A DNA stretch of 63,413 nucleotides, filler included, from Olpidium bornovanus S191 (lineage: Eukaryota > Fungi > Olpidiomycota): assembly GCA_017911155.1 (NCBI GenBank). It is 27 parts of 27 records of this genome, joined end to end, with 100 filler letters (N's around TTAATTAATTAA, not from the genome) between each part and the next. Parts side by side here need not be neighbours in the genome. Positions count along the whole stretch, not along the records: positions 62,131 to 63,413 come from JAEFCI010006372.1; 26 more parts are not named here. One strand, written 5' to 3'. The position numbers were made by a program, and so were the translations under genes. The number at the start of each line of letters is the position of its first letter. Within the stretch, counting starts at the first letter, position 1. The notes under the pieces are model-generated. The model saw nothing but the letters and a program-made list of their open reading frames with translations. It was not told where the DNA came from and searched no databases. This document shows, piece after piece, positions 63,296 to 63,413 of the stretch.

Positions 63296-63413
63296 CCCTA
63301 ACCCGGGTTTGTCCCCACCCCAAATCCCAAGGACCCCCTTCTCCCCCCCCCCTTAAAGCCCCGCGGGAGCCCTCACCCCCCCCAAAAAACAGGAGACGAG
63401 AAAAAATCTGGCC

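Overview
This is not one locus. It is 27 short contigs (about 1.1-5.9 kb) joined by 26 artificial 100-nt spacers (44 N + TTAATTAATTAA + 44 N), so no linkage can be inferred across spacers. The DNA is eukaryotic, GC-rich and intron-dense (GT-AG introns, CTRAC-like branch points), with fungal-type housekeeping genes: VTC/DUF202, two MAM33 paralogues, MDJ1-type DnaJ, RPL7, CSC1/OSCA, GPANK1-like, NDH-2, NUP82, WBP1, SUMO, an L-type lectin and NBS1. Five cilium/centriole-associated genes are also present (B9D1, CCDC57-, CCDC81-, WDR49- and WDR27-like). Together these point to a zoosporic (flagellated) fungus; an Olpidium-like lineage is only my impression. About a third of the contigs are decayed, often nested Ty1/copia and Ty3/gypsy LTR retrotransposons. 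The most interesting signal is at 11882-15065: a UDP-rhamnose-pathway gene with an NRS/ER-type 3,5-epimerase/4-reductase domain fused N-terminally to a UDP-glucose 4,6-dehydratase. This is the reverse of the plant RHM order, and the N-terminal domain has lost its catalytic YxxxK. Other notable items are a de-acidified second MAM33, a SUMO start codon apparently split by an intron (A|TG), a B9D1 missing about 45 aa, very short-LTR copia-type elements nested antisense in other copia elements, and 14 of 54 contig ends falling exactly on CATG. All family assignments come from motif recognition by eye against remembered sequences; no database search was run. Most long ORFs in the supplied track are artefacts of GC-rich repeats or introns.
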